DNA of 15,141 nt from Fidelibacterota bacterium (GCA_043822705.1 JBDRBK010000149.1:1-15141), one strand, 5' to 3'; shown: positions 1-8,919, counted from the stretch's first letter. The notes: generated by a model from the sequence alone, not told the origin. Numbers and translations are program-made.

Positions 1-378
1 CACCGTCTGCACCAGCGGGTACAGCCCCACCAGCACGCCGGCCAGCAGGTAGCCGGGGCGACCGACGCCGCCACCCAGCAGGACCAGCTCGACGATCAGT
101 CCTTCCATGGTGATGCCGATGAACGGGCCCAGTTTGATCGTCGCCAGACCCAGCACCTTGATCAGGCCGGCGATCAGTCCCATCAGCAGGCTGCTGCCGC
201 GAACGTTGTTCACCGTCCTGGCTGTGAGCAGGATGATCAGTCCCAGCGCCGACAGGATCGACCCGGAGAAAGGTACCCGCAGGGCGTGTAGCAGCGAGCC
301 CAGCGATGCTTCCAGCAACCCCCAGAAGGTGCCGAAGACGGCAATATAAACCAACGCCTTGCGATCCAGATGATCCAT
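1..378 (-). CDS. Integral membrane protein, 3' end outside the window; possibly ECF-transporter S-component-like
   Basis: Not in the ORF track. ATG at 378-376, 10 nt after the yjbQ stop, opens a frame running to base 1: MDHLDRKALVYIAVFGTFWGLLEASLGSLLHALRVPFSGSILSALGLIILLTAR... It has several hydrophobic helices. The family call is inference. Confidence 0.75.
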   Translation of the reverse strand, partial: MDHLDRKALVYIAVFGTFWGLLEASLGSLLHALRVPFSGSILSALGLIILLTARTVNNVRGSSLLMGLIAGLIKVLGLATIKLGPFIGITMEGLIVELVLLGGGVGRPGYLLAGVLVGLYPLVQTV

Positions 379-388
379 GACGCCCGGC

Positions 389-808
389 CTATTCACCAAT
401 AATTTTCACCAGTACGCGCTTATCGCGGCGGCCGTCGAATTCGCCGTAAAATATGCGCTCCCAGGTACCGAAATGCAATTTACCACCGGTTACCGCCACC
501 ACAACCTCGCGGCCCATGATCTGGCGCTTATGATGGGCGTCGCCGTTATCCTCGCCGGTGCGGTTGTGTTCATAGCGGCTGGTGGGGTCATGCGGCGCCA
601 GTTCTTCCAGCCATTTCTTGTAGTCACGGTGCAGACCCGGCTCATCATCATTGATGAACACCGAAGCGGTGATATGCATGGCATTCACCAGGCACAGACC
701 TTCACGGATACCGCTCTCCCGCAGGGCCACCTCCACATCAGTGGTGATATTGACAAAATCCATCCGCTCCGGGCTATTGAACCATAATTCCTTGTGAAAT
801 GATTTCAT
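389..808 (-). CDS. yjbQ: YjbQ/UPF0047 family protein (secondary thiamine-phosphate synthase-like)
   Basis: 139 aa with characteristic motifs [19 protein letters not shown]...NGDAH and [15 protein letters not shown]. Confidence 0.92.
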   Translation of the reverse strand: MKSFHKELWFNSPERMDFVNITTDVEVALRESGIREGLCLVNAMHITASVFINDDEPGLHRDYKKWLEELAPHDPTSRYEHNRTGEDNGDAHHKRQIMGREVVVAVTGGKLHFGTWERIFYGEFDGRRDKRVLVKIIGE

Positions 809-857
809 TGGATTGCCGATTTTGGTTGGACGAATTTACGATCGACCGGCGATGGTA

Positions 858-914
858 AACCGTTAAAACGGTTGCCTTGTTATGGGTTTGGTTGCCCACG
901 ACTGAAGTCATGGG
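858..914. repeat. Pair of short REP-like hairpins
   Basis: AACCGTT-AA-AACGGTT at 858-873, and CCCACGACT-GA-AGTCATGGG at 895-914 (one mismatch). Confidence 0.6.
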
Positions 915-932
915 TTAGAATATCGGCCGAGC

Positions 933-960
933 GTAGTGACAAGACAGGTCTTGTCACTAC
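933..960. repeat. 28-nt GTAG...CTAC REP palindrome (family A)
   Basis: GTAGTGACAAGAC-AG-GTCTTGTCACTAC with perfect 13-bp arms. Relatives are at 8916-8943 and 8990-9017. Confidence 0.85.
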
Positions 961-984
961 CAAATTTATCATTATCCTGTATTC

Positions 985-1083
985 TCACCCTTCGATAAGC
1001 TCAGGGTGACATTTGGAAATAAAATGTTATGCCATGCTGAGCCTGTCCCTGCCCGCCAGAGGCACGCAGGCGGGGAAGCATGA
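985..1083. repeat. Pair of TGTCA(CCC/TGC)TGAGCYTRTCGAAG-type repeats; the second carries a 27-nt insert
   Basis: 985-1011 reads TGTCACCCTGAGCTTATCGAAGGGTGA on the minus strand. 1030-1083 reads TGCCATGCTGAGCCTGTC[insert 1048-1074]GAAGCATGA. The same family occurs at 10975-11069. Confidence 0.85.
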
Positions 1084-1141
1084 CCTGAATAGTCACCTCC
1101 AATGGCACAACTGACCACTTACCCCTGATTCCTGCATCCTG

Positions 1142-1483
1142 TTACGCTTTTTCCATCACCAGCAGCATCTTGAAGCGCCGGTCGGCCTGCAATGCATGGG
1201 AATGATAGGCGGGCATGACAATCTGCTGGCCGGCGGTCACCGTCAGCGGCGTGCCGTCAATGGATATCTGCGCCTCCCCGTCCAGCACATGCACCGTGGC
1301 AGCGAAGGGCGTCGTATGTTCGCTCAGACCCTGGCCGCGGTCGAAGGCGAACAGGGTCACGGTACCGGTCTCGTCCTTCAGCAAAGTCTGGCTGACGATC
1401 GAGTCGGACTGGTACTCAATTTTCCCGGCCAGTACCGCCAAATCCAGACTAGCGACAAATTTTTCGATTGGATTGTCCGGCAT
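1142..1483 (-). CDS. Cupin-domain protein (single cupin barrel)
   Basis: 113 aa with the cupin motifs FAFDRGQGLSEHTTP...VLDGEA...MPAYHSHAL. A GGAGGAG Shine-Dalgarno lies upstream. Confidence 0.9.
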   Translation of the reverse strand: MPDNPIEKFVASLDLAVLAGKIEYQSDSIVSQTLLKDETGTVTLFAFDRGQGLSEHTTPFAATVHVLDGEAQISIDGTPLTVTAGQQIVMPAYHSHALQADRRFKMLLVMEKA

Positions 1484-1547
1484 ACTTAGCTCCTCCGGTT
1501 GCTGAAATAATTATGAAACAGGCGGCGCTGTTGACGCTTCCGACCCG

Positions 1548-1576
1548 AAGATAGCGCCCGCGATCAACTCCGGCAA
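1548..1576 (-). promoter_or_regulatory. Putative sigma70 promoter of the cupin gene
   Basis: Minus strand TTGCCG (1576-1571), 17-nt spacer, TATCTT (1553-1548). Confidence 0.45.
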
Positions 1577-1651
1577 GCTTTATCTTTAATCATCACATAA
1601 CTTCCGATAAATTTACCGCTACATTTTCAATTCAAACGCCGGGAATCGATT

Positions 1652-2275
1652 ATGAAAAGATCTATACTGATTACGCTTTGTGTCCTGCTAATGGTCGGTT
1701 GCACGCACCTACGCCGGCCGGACCTGCCGATCGTCGAGCTGGATTACCCGGCCGGACTGGCGGTATTCACCCGATCGCAGTGGGGTTCCCTGGCCCTGCA
1801 GGATACTCTGCCCCAACATACCATAAACAAGATCACCATCCATCACGGCGGCGAGGATTTCCCCGCCGACAAAGACCCGGTTCAGTACCTGCGCAACCTG
1901 CAAACCTGGAGCCGGTCGGCGGAAAAGAACTGGATCGATATCCCCTACCATTTCATGATCGATCTGGACGGTCGCATTTACGAAGCGCGACCGATCAATT
2001 ATCCCGGCGCCACCAACACCAGTTACGACCCCACCGGCCACGCCCTGATCTGCGTGATGGGCAACTATGAGAACCAGGTCCTGTCCGATCAACAACTGCA
2101 GGCAGTAGTGGACCTGACCGCGTTTCTGGTGCGGCTGTACGGCGTCGACCTGGACGATATCAAGGGCCACAAGGATTATGCCGAGACACTCTGTCCCGGG
2201 CAGGATTTGTACCGTTATCTGGAGGATGGAACGATCCGGACAAAAGTGGCGGAAAAATTACCGGCTTCTTTATAA
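1652..2275 (+). CDS. N-acetylmuramoyl-L-alanine amidase (Amidase_2/PGRP-like), predicted lipoprotein
   Basis: 207 aa. Signal peptide ends in MVGC (Cys17). Zinc-amidase motifs ITIHH, WIDIPYHF...GRIYEAR, and KGHKD...TLCPG. Confidence 0.88.
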   Translation: MKRSILITLCVLLMVGCTHLRRPDLPIVELDYPAGLAVFTRSQWGSLALQDTLPQHTINKITIHHGGEDFPADKDPVQYLRNLQTWSRSAEKNWIDIPYHFMIDLDGRIYEARPINYPGATNTSYDPTGHALICVMGNYENQVLSDQQLQAVVDLTAFLVRLYGVDLDDIKGHKDYAETLCPGQDLYRYLEDGTIRTKVAEKLPASL

Positions 2276-2304
2276 ATTCCATCGTAAATACAAGGGGATA
2301 GAGG

Positions 2305-2712
2305 ATGATACGCTATATCGTAGTCAGCATTATCGGTGGTTTGATTTTCGGCATTCTGGATGGCATGCTTAACGCCAATCCACTGGCGCAGAAACTGTAC
2401 GCGGTTTATAAGCCGATCGCCCGGGAATCGATCAACATTCCGGCCGGCCTGCTGATCGACCTGTGTTACGGCTTCATCCTGGCGGCGATTTTTCTGGTGC
2501 TGCATTCCAGTCTGCCGGGTGAAACGGCCCTGATTAAAAGCCTGAGCTATGGTTGTCTGATCTGGTTTTTCCGGGTCGTAATGTATGCCGCCAGCCACTG
2601 GATGATGTTCCAGATCTCAGGCGCGGCCATTGCCTACATGCTGCTGGCCGGATTGGCGGAAATGTTGATTCTGGGAATTGTATACGGACTGGCGCTTAGA
2701 CCGGTACTGTGA
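2305..2712 (+). CDS. Small membrane protein of unknown function (about 4 transmembrane helices)
   Basis: 135 aa with four hydrophobic segments and a purine-rich RBS. It follows the amidase by 29 nt, so they are probably co-transcribed. Confidence 0.8.
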   Translation: MIRYIVVSIIGGLIFGILDGMLNANPLAQKLYAVYKPIARESINIPAGLLIDLCYGFILAAIFLVLHSSLPGETALIKSLSYGCLIWFFRVVMYAASHWMMFQISGAAIAYMLLAGLAEMLILGIVYGLALRPVL

Positions 2713-2751
2713 TGCTTACCGGGCTATGGCGTGACCGTGCCCTGGTGATCA

Positions 2752-3999
2752 TTAAAACGACCGCTTCAGCTCAATAAACAGCTTATCTTCCTGGTCCATG
2801 CGGCCGTAAGTGGTGTTTTCAGCGCCCTGGAATAAAACCGCTCCCGCCGTCAGATGGGTGGCGTCGGCCAGTTCCCAGGTCAGGAAAGCCATCGTGAACG
2901 AATCGCCCGCCTGCAGATTATAGACGCCCAACAGCCGGCCGGAAACATACGCGAACGGTTTCCAGGAAATCATCGTCGACAGCGAGTGGCTTGATTTCTC
3001 GGGCGCCGTCAAATAATCGGTCAGTCCTAGATTGTCGATCAGGCCCTGCTCGCTGCTGTATTGATAATCCAGCAGCGTCCGGTTGACATACTGCAGATTC
3101 AGCAACAGGTCATCCGACCAGATATAATCCACCCCCAATACCGCCTGGATATTGCGGTTGTCGACGAACACATCGTTGCCGCCTTCGTCGGCAGTCTGGA
3201 GATAGGCCGCTTCACCTTTGATATTCCAGGCGTCGATCGGCCGGATAAAATCCAGGCCGAACATCTGCAACGAGTGGTAATTCACGTTGAAAACCGGAAC
3301 CGGCGGCAGAACCGACAGATCCATACTTGACCGGATCGTCGGCAGGTTATCATAACCATTGAAATAGCAGATCGAAATATCCGTATTCCCCAGATAGGAT
3401 GTGGCGCGGAAACCCAGTTGCGGCTCGTCGTAGCCCAACTGCGGATAAGCAATTTGCGCGTCCGGCGGCAGGGGCATTACTGCCGGTGTGAACCCGGGAA
3501 TCAACACCCCCTGCAGGGTCAGGTCGCCCAGATACCACTGGACCGACAAAGCCATCACCGGCAGGCGGTAGTCTTCGATTTCGCCGGACATGTTGGCATA
3601 ATCCCAGGGATTGATCAGATCGGTGGGATTGACCCAGTCCGCCGCACCCCAGAATATAAATTGCTGTCCCAGGCGGATGTCGGCCGCGGCCAGATGCAGG
3701 TCTAAGTAATATTCCACCGGGTAAACACCGAAGCCGGCACCACGGCCTAAATCGTTTTCGGTGGCCGTATTCAGGGTATCGGGGCGGGCAGCCGCCTGAT
3801 CGAATTCGAAATTGATGGCGGCAAAATACTCCATTCTGGTGCCCAGACCGCCGCTGTAGCGGGTCTGAAAGCGGGTGCCGATCCGGTCGTAAGTCCGGTC
3901 ATGGGGATTCAGGAAAGCGAAACCTTTCAGGTAACCGTTGATATCGGCCCCGGCTGCCGCAACAGCCAGCAAGAGCAGGCTCGACAATAGTTTTTGCAT
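2752..3999 (-). CDS. Putative outer-membrane beta-barrel protein (DUF1302-like)
   Basis: 415 aa with a signal peptide, IRLGQQFIFWG...PTDLINP motif, amphipathic beta strands and a C-terminal Phe (LFIELKRSF). It is last in the MMPL operon with a 1-nt overlap. Confidence 0.78.
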   Translation of the reverse strand: MQKLLSSLLLLAVAAAGADINGYLKGFAFLNPHDRTYDRIGTRFQTRYSGGLGTRMEYFAAINFEFDQAAARPDTLNTATENDLGRGAGFGVYPVEYYLDLHLAAADIRLGQQFIFWGAADWVNPTDLINPWDYANMSGEIEDYRLPVMALSVQWYLGDLTLQGVLIPGFTPAVMPLPPDAQIAYPQLGYDEPQLGFRATSYLGNTDISICYFNGYDNLPTIRSSMDLSVLPPVPVFNVNYHSLQMFGLDFIRPIDAWNIKGEAAYLQTADEGGNDVFVDNRNIQAVLGVDYIWSDDLLLNLQYVNRTLLDYQYSSEQGLIDNLGLTDYLTAPEKSSHSLSTMISWKPFAYVSGRLLGVYNLQAGDSFTMAFLTWELADATHLTAGAVLFQGAENTTYGRMDQEDKLFIELKRSF

Positions 4000-4772
4000 C
4001 AGCGGCCCTGTTGCAGGTAGCGGACGGTGAAAAAATCGCCGGGAATACCAGTATCCACCTGCAGGTTGAGAAATTTCATTTCGCTGGAATGACCGGTCTG
4101 GAGATCGCGCATGATCATGTCGGTGGCAAAATCGACTGTTTTAACCAGTTGGAACTCGATCACATCCAGTTCTTTCCATTTGGTCAGACTTTTATCATAA
4201 TATTCGCTGTAGATCGTATTCAGTCGCGCCTGGTCGACCCAGCGCACGATCTTGCCATAGCCGGTATCTGCCAGTATCTTGTCCGAGACCGGCAGACATT
4301 CAATCTTGTAGCAGAACTGACCTTTTTTCTCTTCCTCACCCAACAGACGGTAATTCCAATCCTCCAGCTCCGGCATGCCGATGTCGTAGTAGGTGAAATC
4401 GCTGGCCATGAAATTGCCGCCGCTGCCACTGGAGGCGATTTTCTTGACGCGCCGCAGGGCCGGCAGATAGAGGTACTGCTCATCATCCGCGCCGGTGGTT
4501 TCCAGGGTCAGGAAGCCCGTGCCTTTTACGTCCGCGGGAGCAATAAAGCGCATCAGCATCCGGTTCAGGCCACTTTCTGTGTCACTGGAATAGAAAGCGA
4601 TCTCGCGCTGCCGTTCTTCACCACGGGCGTTTTTCAGGATCAACTGCAGATCGGCCTGCATATCCTGCCAGGTGGACTGATTCAGCGCTTTCCGCATGAT
4701 CTCATAGCCGGTCATCTCCTGGGCTGTTAAACCCACTGAAATGAATATAATGCTCAAGAACAGTTTTCTCAT
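3999..4772 (-). CDS. Outer-membrane lipoprotein-sorting (LolA-like) periplasmic protein
   Basis: 257 aa with a signal peptide and PADVKGTGFL...QYLYLPALRRVKKI...FMASDFTYYD, typical of the LolA-like partners of MMPL transporters. Confidence 0.88.
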   Translation of the reverse strand: MRKLFLSIIFISVGLTAQEMTGYEIMRKALNQSTWQDMQADLQLILKNARGEERQREIAFYSSDTESGLNRMLMRFIAPADVKGTGFLTLETTGADDEQYLYLPALRRVKKIASSGSGGNFMASDFTYYDIGMPELEDWNYRLLGEEEKKGQFCYKIECLPVSDKILADTGYGKIVRWVDQARLNTIYSEYYDKSLTKWKELDVIEFQLVKTVDFATDMIMRDLQTGHSSEMKFLNLQVDTGIPGDFFTVRYLQQGR

Positions 4773-4790
4773 ATTAACCTCAATTCACTA

Positions 4791-4866
4791 TGCCCGCGAA
4801 ATGCACTGAATACACTAAATATTTTTCCATAATTCCTTTAGTGTTATTTAGTGTATTCGGCAGGCA
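4791..4866. repeat. Imperfect ~30-bp inverted repeat with internal tandem units
   Basis: Left arm TGCCCGCGAAATGCACTGAATACACTAAA (4791-4819). The reverse complement of the right arm (4837-4866) is TGCCTGCCGAATACACTAAATAACACTAAA. Confidence 0.75.
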
Positions 4867-4867
4867 A

Positions 4868-7216
4868 TCACTTCAACGACTTCGGTTTGAAATTCACAAA
4901 CACCAGCGGCATTACCGTCAGCGCCCCGAAAGCCGATGTCAGCATCGTCATGGCGATCAGGGTGCCCAGGTGCGCCACCGAAACGAATTGCGATAGACCG
5001 ATCACGGCAAAACCAGCGGCCACCACCAGCGAATTAAAGGCAATCGCCACACCCGAATCTTCCATCGTGGCGATAACGGCCTGCGCGTAATCCCCGCTTT
5101 GCCCCAGCTTGCGCCGGTAGCGATACATGAAATGGATGGCGTAGTCCACGCCCACACCGATGGCGATGCTGGAGGTCATCATCGTGGTCATATTCACATT
5201 GATTCCCGACAGACCCATTACGGTAAAATTCAGCAGCATGGCAAAAAACAGCGGGATTGTGTTGAATAGTCCGATGATCGGCGATTTGAACATGAAACTG
5301 GTAATCAGCCAGACCAGAATCAGGGAGACAGTGATACTCAGGATTTGACCGGATACGACCAGGTCATCCACCACCAGAATCAAGCGCGCCATGCCGGTTA
5401 CGGCGGTGGCGGTATTCTCAAAATGATCGTCGATATAATCCTGCAGTTCGGCGTTGATCAGTCGCAATTCGGACTGTTTATCGGTATTCAGGAAAATCGT
5501 CATCAGCGTATTGCGATAATCATAATCGACGATGCTGGCCATGTCGTCGGGTTTGCCGGACATTTCGTAGAGGGTCAGGTACTGGGCGACCAGTTCGTTG
5601 CCCGAGACGGTATCATAGCGGGTCACTTCGATCCATTCGCCGTTTTGCTGTTCGAAATCAGTGTAATCCACTACCACCTGCTCGGCCGGCACGACATTAT
5701 AGGTGTCATCATCACCGTGGAGCACTTTATTAAAGCGTTTCACGAAATCCGCCAGCGAACGGGCGTCGCCCACATGCTCCAGTTGCAGAGCCGTCTGTTT
5801 CAGGCCGTCCAGGTCGGCCAGGATACGCGGGTCCTTCATCTGGTCGTCGGCTACGCCTTCCACCATGATCTGAAAGGAATTAGTGCCGGCAAAATGCTGA
5901 TTGATCAGTCCGTCAGCCACCCGCACCGGATGATCGCGGTCAAAATTCTCGATTGATGAAAAGGAATGCTCGAGCCGGCTGAAACCCCATATCGCAAAAA
6001 CCACGACCAGGACGCCCAGCGGGTACAGCGCCTTACGGTTTTTCACCAGCAGCCGGCCCCAGGCGGTCATCAGTTTGATGGACACCGGCGCCTTGTCCGT
6101 CTGTCGCACCCGCTGCGGTACTTTCAGCAGGGAGAGCACGGCCGGAACCAGCGTCAGGCTCAGCAGCAGGGCGTACAGTACGCCCAGGGCGGTGAAAGCG
6201 CCCATGATCCGGATCGATTCAATTTTGGTAATGCCCAGGCTCATGAAGCCGGCCATGGTGGTCAGCGAAGTCATGATTACCGGTGCATTCATGTCGGCCA
6301 TGGTGATCCGGACCAGTTCCCGGCGGTCTTTAGCCTTTCGTCCATGGGTGTAATAATGGGTCATGATATGAATACTGTCAGCCACGGCGATCGCCATGAT
6401 CAGGATCGGCAGAATCTCGGTGGAATGGGACATGGGGAAGCCCAAAAATGCCATCGTACCCAGCGTCCAGAGTACCGAAAGGATCACCACCAGCAACGGC
6501 AGAATCACACCACGCACGTTGCGGTAAATCGCCAGCAGCAGCAGGAATATCACCAGGATGCCCACCGCGAAAAACATTCCCAGATCCTTCATCACACCCC
6601 AGGCTACGTAATAGGAGGCCACCGGTTTGCCGGCGGGAATCAGAGTCAGGTCGGTTTTCAGGTCCCAGTCCTTGATGAAAGGGACGAAATCGGCCATGAA
6701 ATCCATGTCGTCGGTGGTATTCTTGAGCATCAACATGATACCGAACATTTTGCCATCCCGCGACACCAGGTTGCCCAGAGCCAGATCGTTGTTGAACAAC
6801 CTTTCCCTGAAGGATGCCACTTCGGCAGCATCAACCGGCGGTCCGGTCAGGATATCCTGCACCTCCATCCCGTCCGCGGTGCCGCTGATCACATTGACGT
6901 TAGTGGGCGACAATACCTGGTACACCTCGGGAAAATTTTCCAGTTCGGCGGTCAGGTCCCAGACGTCACGCAGGGCAGCCGGCGTAAACAGTGCTTCACC
7001 CTCCACGCCGATGAATACAAAATCCTTGGTGGGGAAAATCTCGGTCATCTTGTCGTACAGCCGTTTGGCGGGAATCTGCTGCGGCAGGGCATCGGTAATA
7101 TCAGGGTCCATGCGCAGTTTGGGCATCTGGCTAAAAAATCCGGCGGTGATCAGGACGATAGCGATCAGATACAACCGGGGCCGGTCAATCACTGTGGCGG
7201 TCAATTTTTTTAACAT
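4868..7216 (-). CDS. MMPL/RND-superfamily transporter
   Basis: 782 aa with two repeats of a transmembrane helix, periplasmic domain and 5 helices. Motifs AIAVADSIH, TSLTTMAGF and GVGVDYAIH. Confidence 0.92.
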   Translation of the reverse strand: MLKKLTATVIDRPRLYLIAIVLITAGFFSQMPKLRMDPDITDALPQQIPAKRLYDKMTEIFPTKDFVFIGVEGEALFTPAALRDVWDLTAELENFPEVYQVLSPTNVNVISGTADGMEVQDILTGPPVDAAEVASFRERLFNNDLALGNLVSRDGKMFGIMLMLKNTTDDMDFMADFVPFIKDWDLKTDLTLIPAGKPVASYYVAWGVMKDLGMFFAVGILVIFLLLLAIYRNVRGVILPLLVVILSVLWTLGTMAFLGFPMSHSTEILPILIMAIAVADSIHIMTHYYTHGRKAKDRRELVRITMADMNAPVIMTSLTTMAGFMSLGITKIESIRIMGAFTALGVLYALLLSLTLVPAVLSLLKVPQRVRQTDKAPVSIKLMTAWGRLLVKNRKALYPLGVLVVVFAIWGFSRLEHSFSSIENFDRDHPVRVADGLINQHFAGTNSFQIMVEGVADDQMKDPRILADLDGLKQTALQLEHVGDARSLADFVKRFNKVLHGDDDTYNVVPAEQVVVDYTDFEQQNGEWIEVTRYDTVSGNELVAQYLTLYEMSGKPDDMASIVDYDYRNTLMTIFLNTDKQSELRLINAELQDYIDDHFENTATAVTGMARLILVVDDLVVSGQILSITVSLILVWLITSFMFKSPIIGLFNTIPLFFAMLLNFTVMGLSGINVNMTTMMTSSIAIGVGVDYAIHFMYRYRRKLGQSGDYAQAVIATMEDSGVAIAFNSLVVAAGFAVIGLSQFVSVAHLGTLIAMTMLTSAFGALTVMPLVFVNFKPKSLK

Positions 7217-7824
7217 CAGTTATCCTTATTCAATAAGTTGGTTAGGCTGCGGACAAACAGGTTCAATTCCTCTTCCAGAGCCGCTTTGACGACGCCCTGG
7301 TGAATTTTTCCGGCCAGGCCGGACATGTAGGTCCAGACCATCCCGGCGATCACCCGGGAATCATAGCCGGAACCGGTGGCACTAAAAATTTCATTCATGC
7401 GGTGCTGGACCGGCTCATGCAAACGGCGGATTTCAGCGATTACTTCCGGTTCATGGATAACCTGCACCGGGGCATTTTTTCCCATCGGGTAATGCAGACC
7501 GAAAAAAGCCGGGTCCTCGTAGGCCCAGTCCACATAGGCGTTGAGCATGCGCTGCAGCAGTTGTTCCAGGCCGGACACCGCCACGATATTTTCCTCCAGC
7601 CGCCGGAACTGGGCCCGGACACAGGTGAGAAACAACTCACGGTAGATGGCCTCTTTGTTGGGGAAATAATAATAGATCGTGGCCTTGCCCAGCTCGGAAG
7701 CTTCGGCGATATCGGCCATCGTCGTCTCCTGGTAGCCTTTTCGGGAATACAACTCCTTGGCCGCCGCCAGGATGGCTTCGATTCTCAATTGTTTTTCACG
7801 TTCTTTGCGATCTGTCAGTGACAT
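7216..7824 (-). CDS. TetR/AcrR family transcriptional regulator
   Basis: 202 aa with N-terminal HTH ILAAAKELYSRKGYQETTMADIAEASELGKATIYYYFPNKE. The stop overlaps the MMPL start by 1 nt. Confidence 0.95.
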   Translation of the reverse strand: MSLTDRKEREKQLRIEAILAAAKELYSRKGYQETTMADIAEASELGKATIYYYFPNKEAIYRELFLTCVRAQFRRLEENIVAVSGLEQLLQRMLNAYVDWAYEDPAFFGLHYPMGKNAPVQVIHEPEVIAEIRRLHEPVQHRMNEIFSATGSGYDSRVIAGMVWTYMSGLAGKIHQGVVKAALEEELNLFVRSLTNLLNKDN

Positions 7825-7828
7825 TAAT

Positions 7829-7892
7829 CAACCGTACGTTTTGTTTTCGACCATACGTTCGAAAGTTACAAAACCTTTAATTTTGTAGTCAA
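7829..7892 (-). promoter_or_regulatory. Putative tetR-operon promoter with candidate operators
   Basis: Minus strand TTGACT (7892-7887), 18-nt spacer, TAACTT (7868-7863). Near-direct repeats CAACCGTACGTT (7829-7840) and CGACCATACGTT (7848-7859). Palindromes TTCGA-N8-TCGAA (7846-7863) and TACAAAA-N7-TTTTGTA (7867-7887). Confidence 0.55.
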
Positions 7893-8019
7893 TCAAAATA
7901 CTTCGATCCCCATTGGTTTGTTGGGACAACTCTCAAGAGTTATCCCGACCGATAAAATCCGGGGATTTTTCACCAGCGGTAAGTATATTGGCGTGATAAA
8001 TTTTCAAGTCGAGGACAGC

Positions 8020-8919
8020 ATGCTCAATGAAATCCATTTTCTACTGACCTACACCTGTCTAAATGAATGTGATCACTGTTTTCTATATTGTGGGCCGGAG
8101 TCCAAGGGCACGTTCACGGTCGAACAACTTCGTCAGGTTTTCGTCGAAATTGCCAAAATTGACTCGATCGACAAAGTGTATTTCGAAGGCGGCGAAGCCT
8201 TCCTCTATTACCCCCTACTGCTGGAAGGCATTCGTCTGGCCCGAGCCCGGGGATTGGCAGTGGGCATCGTCACCAATTCCTACTGGGCCACTTCGGTGGC
8301 CGACGCCGAGCTGTGGCTCAAACCGCTGGTGGAACTGGGTATCGCTGATATTTCCATGAGCGATGATTCATTTCATTTCAGCGATGAAAAAAATCCCGCC
8401 AAATTCGCCCTGCAGACCGCCAAAAACCTGGGGATGGCCGCCGGCGCAATCTGCATCGAAGAACCCACGGTCGCACCAAATCCCACGGCGATGGGCGAAG
8501 CGGTGGTTGGCGGCGGCGTCATCTTCCGCGGCCGGGCGGTGGAAAAACTATCACAGGGATTGCCCACCCGACCGGCCGGCGAACTGACCACCTGCCCCTT
8601 CGAAGATCTGGAGAATCCCGGCCGGGTCCATCTGGATGCCTTCGGCCACCTACACCTCTGTCAGGGACTTTCAATGGGCAATATCTGGAAAACACCATTG
8701 TCGGAATTGGTGAAAAATTATTCGGCCGACCGGCACCCAGTCTGCGCACCGCTGCTGGCTGGCGGACCCCAACGGCTGGCACAGGCCCATAGTCTGGACA
8801 GCACCGGCGGGTATATCGCCGAATGCCATTACTGCTACGAGGTGCGAAAACAACTGCTGGACAAATACCCGGATTATCTGGCGCCACGGCAGGTTTATGG
8901 GGTGCAAGATTTATTGTAG
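8020..8919 (+). CDS. Radical SAM protein with C-terminal SPASM/twitch-like cysteines
   Basis: CxxxCxxC motif (CLNECDHC), FEGGEAF, VTNSYWA and C-terminal TCP...HLC...ECHYC. Start moved from TTG 7918 to ATG 8020 because GAGGA lies at 8011-8015, giving 299 aa. Confidence 0.9.
   Translation: MLNEIHFLLTYTCLNECDHCFLYCGPESKGTFTVEQLRQVFVEIAKIDSIDKVYFEGGEAFLYYPLLLEGIRLARARGLAVGIVTNSYWATSVADAELWLKPLVELGIADISMSDDSFHFSDEKNPAKFALQTAKNLGMAAGAICIEEPTVAPNPTAMGEAVVGGGVIFRGRAVEKLSQGLPTRPAGELTTCPFEDLENPGRVHLDAFGHLHLCQGLSMGNIWKTPLSELVKNYSADRHPVCAPLLAGGPQRLAQAHSLDSTGGYIAECHYCYEVRKQLLDKYPDYLAPRQVYGVQDLL

Noticed and set aside
5345..7289. Long plus-strand ORFs (203, 415 and 220 aa) opposite the MMPL gene, and similar ORFs opposite the LolA-like, TetR, amidase, yjbQ and ALDH genes
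   Set aside because: Antisense shadow frames are expected in GC-rich coding DNA. They show no recognisable motifs and overlap well-supported genes.
7918..8019. TTG-initiated N-terminal extension of the radical SAM ORF
   Set aside because: ATG 8020 has a GAGGA Shine-Dalgarno and places the CxxxCxxC motif near the N-terminus. The extension runs through AT-rich promoter-like DNA.
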